Shown here in pieces: positions 62,709 to 64,000 of a stretch of 64,000 nt of DNA; the first letter of the stretch is position 1, and each line of letters begins with the position of its first letter. The position numbers and the translations under genes are program-made. The notes under the pieces were generated by a model, which did not search any database, was not told where the DNA came from, and saw only the letters and a list, made by a program, of their open reading frames with translations. This DNA is from a virus. The stretch lies in IMG/VR virus record IMGVR_UViG_3300011193_000001; one strand, given 5' to 3'.

Positions 62709-62924
62709 GGCCGCGGCCCCCAGTGATGCCCGATCGCGAAACAGCCCCGATCCGTCAGCCGCGCCAACCCATCCTTGACCGTCGCGAGTTTCACGAGCCG
62801 CGAGGCCGCGCAGATCATCCGACGACGCGCGGCCCACGATCTTGAGCGCACGGATGCTGACGCCGCGCGGCCACATGAGTTCCAGCAGGCGGCGTTCCTG
62901 CTCCTCAAGCGTCGGATCTAACAT
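62705..62924 (-). CDS. winged-helix-like mini-protein readable only with a +1 frame change
   Basis: N-terminal part MLDPTLEEQERRLLELMWPRGVSIRALKIVG.. is in one frame; C-terminal part ..RLVKLATVKDGLARLTDRG..GPRP* is in the +1 frame. Confidence 0.35.
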
Positions 62925-62925
62925 C

Positions 62926-63141
62926 TCAGCCGCGCGCCGGGTTGAACTCTTCGATCGCCGCGCGGAACGTCCTGAACGCCCGCAGATAGCGCACCTGATT
63001 CGACAGCGACTCCGAGCCGCGCATGAACGCTGTGGGATCAAGGATCGGGCCGAGCGACTCGTCGATCGTCGCGAGGTCGACCTGGGCGGCTGCGCTGCCG
63101 ATCGCCACTGCCACATCACGGGTCGCTGCGAATGTGCTCAC
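62926..63141 (-). CDS. hypothetical protein, 71 aa
   Basis: ORF track. Confidence 0.5.
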   Translation of the reverse strand: MSTFAATRDVAVAIGSAAAQVDLATIDESLGPILDPTAFMRGSESLSNQVRYLRAFRTFRAAIEEFNPARG

Positions 63142-63851
63142 GCGGCCCTCAAATACTTGCCGCGCTTCAGCCGCGCCTTATGCGCCCGCCAAGACGCCTT
63201 CGCCGCCGGCAGCCACTCCGACAGGAACACGAACGCCTCGTCCATCGCCGCGACATCCCCGGGCTCGACGGGCCACAGCAACTTGTCGAGCGCCGGCAAC
63301 GTTTGCAAGCTGCTGGCCGCATTCTCGATCCGGGAGTAGCGGATGTCACTGCCGGGATGAGGCGCCGCCGTTAGCACTAGCCCAGCCTCTTGCGCGACGG
63401 CCGGTAGCCGCGCCGTCAACTGCGCGCGAACCTTCGCGGCAACCTGCGGCCCTGTCGGCTTCTCGCCGTGCTGCTCCACAGCCGCGCACCATGCCTCACG
63501 CATCGCCGCAGGATCATCGCGCAGCGGCGTAAGAGCGCGCGCGACCCGCTCCGACGACGGCTCGGGCATCCCGTCGACCGTTACCGCGGTAACGGTCTCG
63601 ACGGCTCCGACGATCTGTCTGGCCCGCGAGTCGTTGAAGTCCCAGACTTCGCGGCAATAGTCCTCGAACGTGTCGTGCGTGTCGCGGTACAGGCGGGCAT
63701 CGCGGATCTCGGCGAGCGCCCGGCCGATCTGGATGAACGTCTTTGCCGCGCGCTCGATGACGGCCTCAAGGGATCTCAGCCGGTCACGCTCGGCAGGGTT
63801 CAGCCACTCCTGCTCGCGCGGCACAGCCGCGGTCTTCGTCGTCTTGCTCAC
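63138..63851 (-). CDS. DNA-binding protein candidate (ParB/KorB-HTH-like)
   Basis: FIQIGRALAEIRDARLYRDTHDTFEDYCREVW pattern is common in plasmid/phage partition-like proteins. Confidence 0.4.
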   Translation of the reverse strand: MSKTTKTAAVPREQEWLNPAERDRLRSLEAVIERAAKTFIQIGRALAEIRDARLYRDTHDTFEDYCREVWDFNDSRARQIVGAVETVTAVTVDGMPEPSSERVARALTPLRDDPAAMREAWCAAVEQHGEKPTGPQVAAKVRAQLTARLPAVAQEAGLVLTAAPHPGSDIRYSRIENAASSLQTLPALDKLLWPVEPGDVAAMDEAFVFLSEWLPAAKASWRAHKARLKRGKYLRAA

Positions 63852-64000
63852 GCCGCGATCTCCCTCGGTCGATCCTGAATGCCCATGAACTCCCGTGCCG
63901 CGAGCGCCGCTGCGTCCGCGCGATCGTCGCCCTCCGGCAGTTCGACAAGCACGATCGACGCGAGCAGCGCACGGCCGAGTTGCGCGGGCGCGAGCGTCAC
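63848..64000 (-). CDS. hypothetical protein (N-terminal part off window)
   Basis: open frame from the window edge to the stop at 63848; GTGA coupling. Confidence 0.4.
   Translation of the reverse strand: MTLAPAQLGRALLASIVLVELPEGDDRADAAALAAREFMGIQDRPREIAA

Noticed and set aside
1-64000. I looked for tRNA/tmRNA genes, CRISPR arrays, an integrase, attachment sites, a Mu-type transposase and a reverse transcriptase or DGR.
   Set aside because: None was found by eye. There is no cloverleaf with a T-loop, and there are no regularly spaced repeats of 25 nt or longer. No Tyr/Ser recombinase, DDE or YxDD motifs appear in any long ORF. The only long repeats are in-gene tandem repeats at 48885-49095.

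Overview
High-G+C DNA (by eye about two-thirds G+C or more, with very G/C-rich third codon positions). It reads as most of a large contractile-tailed (myovirus-type) temperate phage or prophage. About 90% of the genes are on the minus strand, tightly packed, mostly joined by ATGA/GTGA stop-start overlaps.

Layout, reading the minus strand from right to left:
- 64000-59400: small early/regulatory genes, a possible small terminase, and an RHH regulator.
- 59417-50411: head module. It contains the large terminase, a portal fused to a Mu-F-like domain, a Mu gpI-like protease/scaffold, a DUF2190 decoration protein and the major capsid protein.
- 50019-46095: a block of fibre-like genes, including one with collagen-like repeats.
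- 46009-30511: connector, sheath, tube, chaperone with a -1 frameshift, tape measure, LysM protein, hub with NlpC/P60, spike with a beta-helix, gpW, gpJ, an HNH insertion, a gpI-like protein and a fibre.
- 28241-26155: holin-like gene, CHAP endolysin and small ORFs.
- 24723-1: a long early operon. It encodes a Sak4-like ATPase, a PD-(D/E)XK nuclease, an endonuclease VII, several HNH proteins, ASCH and DUF5131 proteins, many Cys-rich mini-proteins and four DNA methyltransferase loci.

Plus-strand exceptions:
- a 3-gene cassette at 25496-26147;
- an 8-gene island at 28292-30514 that ends in a secreted metzincin;
- a single reversed gene at 44046-44330.

Three near-consensus promoters place an ATG 6 nt after the -10 box, so those transcripts would be leaderless (actinobacterial style).

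I saw no tRNA, rRNA, CRISPR array, integrase, transposase or reverse transcriptase in the window.

Most notable oddities:
1. Several genes, above all the methyltransferases, have their recognisable coding signal split between reading frames.
2. The 11-mer TCATGGCCGCG recurs at gene junctions.
3. A 600-bp hairpin-dense tract without ORFs lies between the two divergent control regions.
4. A 300-bp tract with GCC periodicity lies inside the head operon.

All family calls rest on remembered motifs, not on searches.
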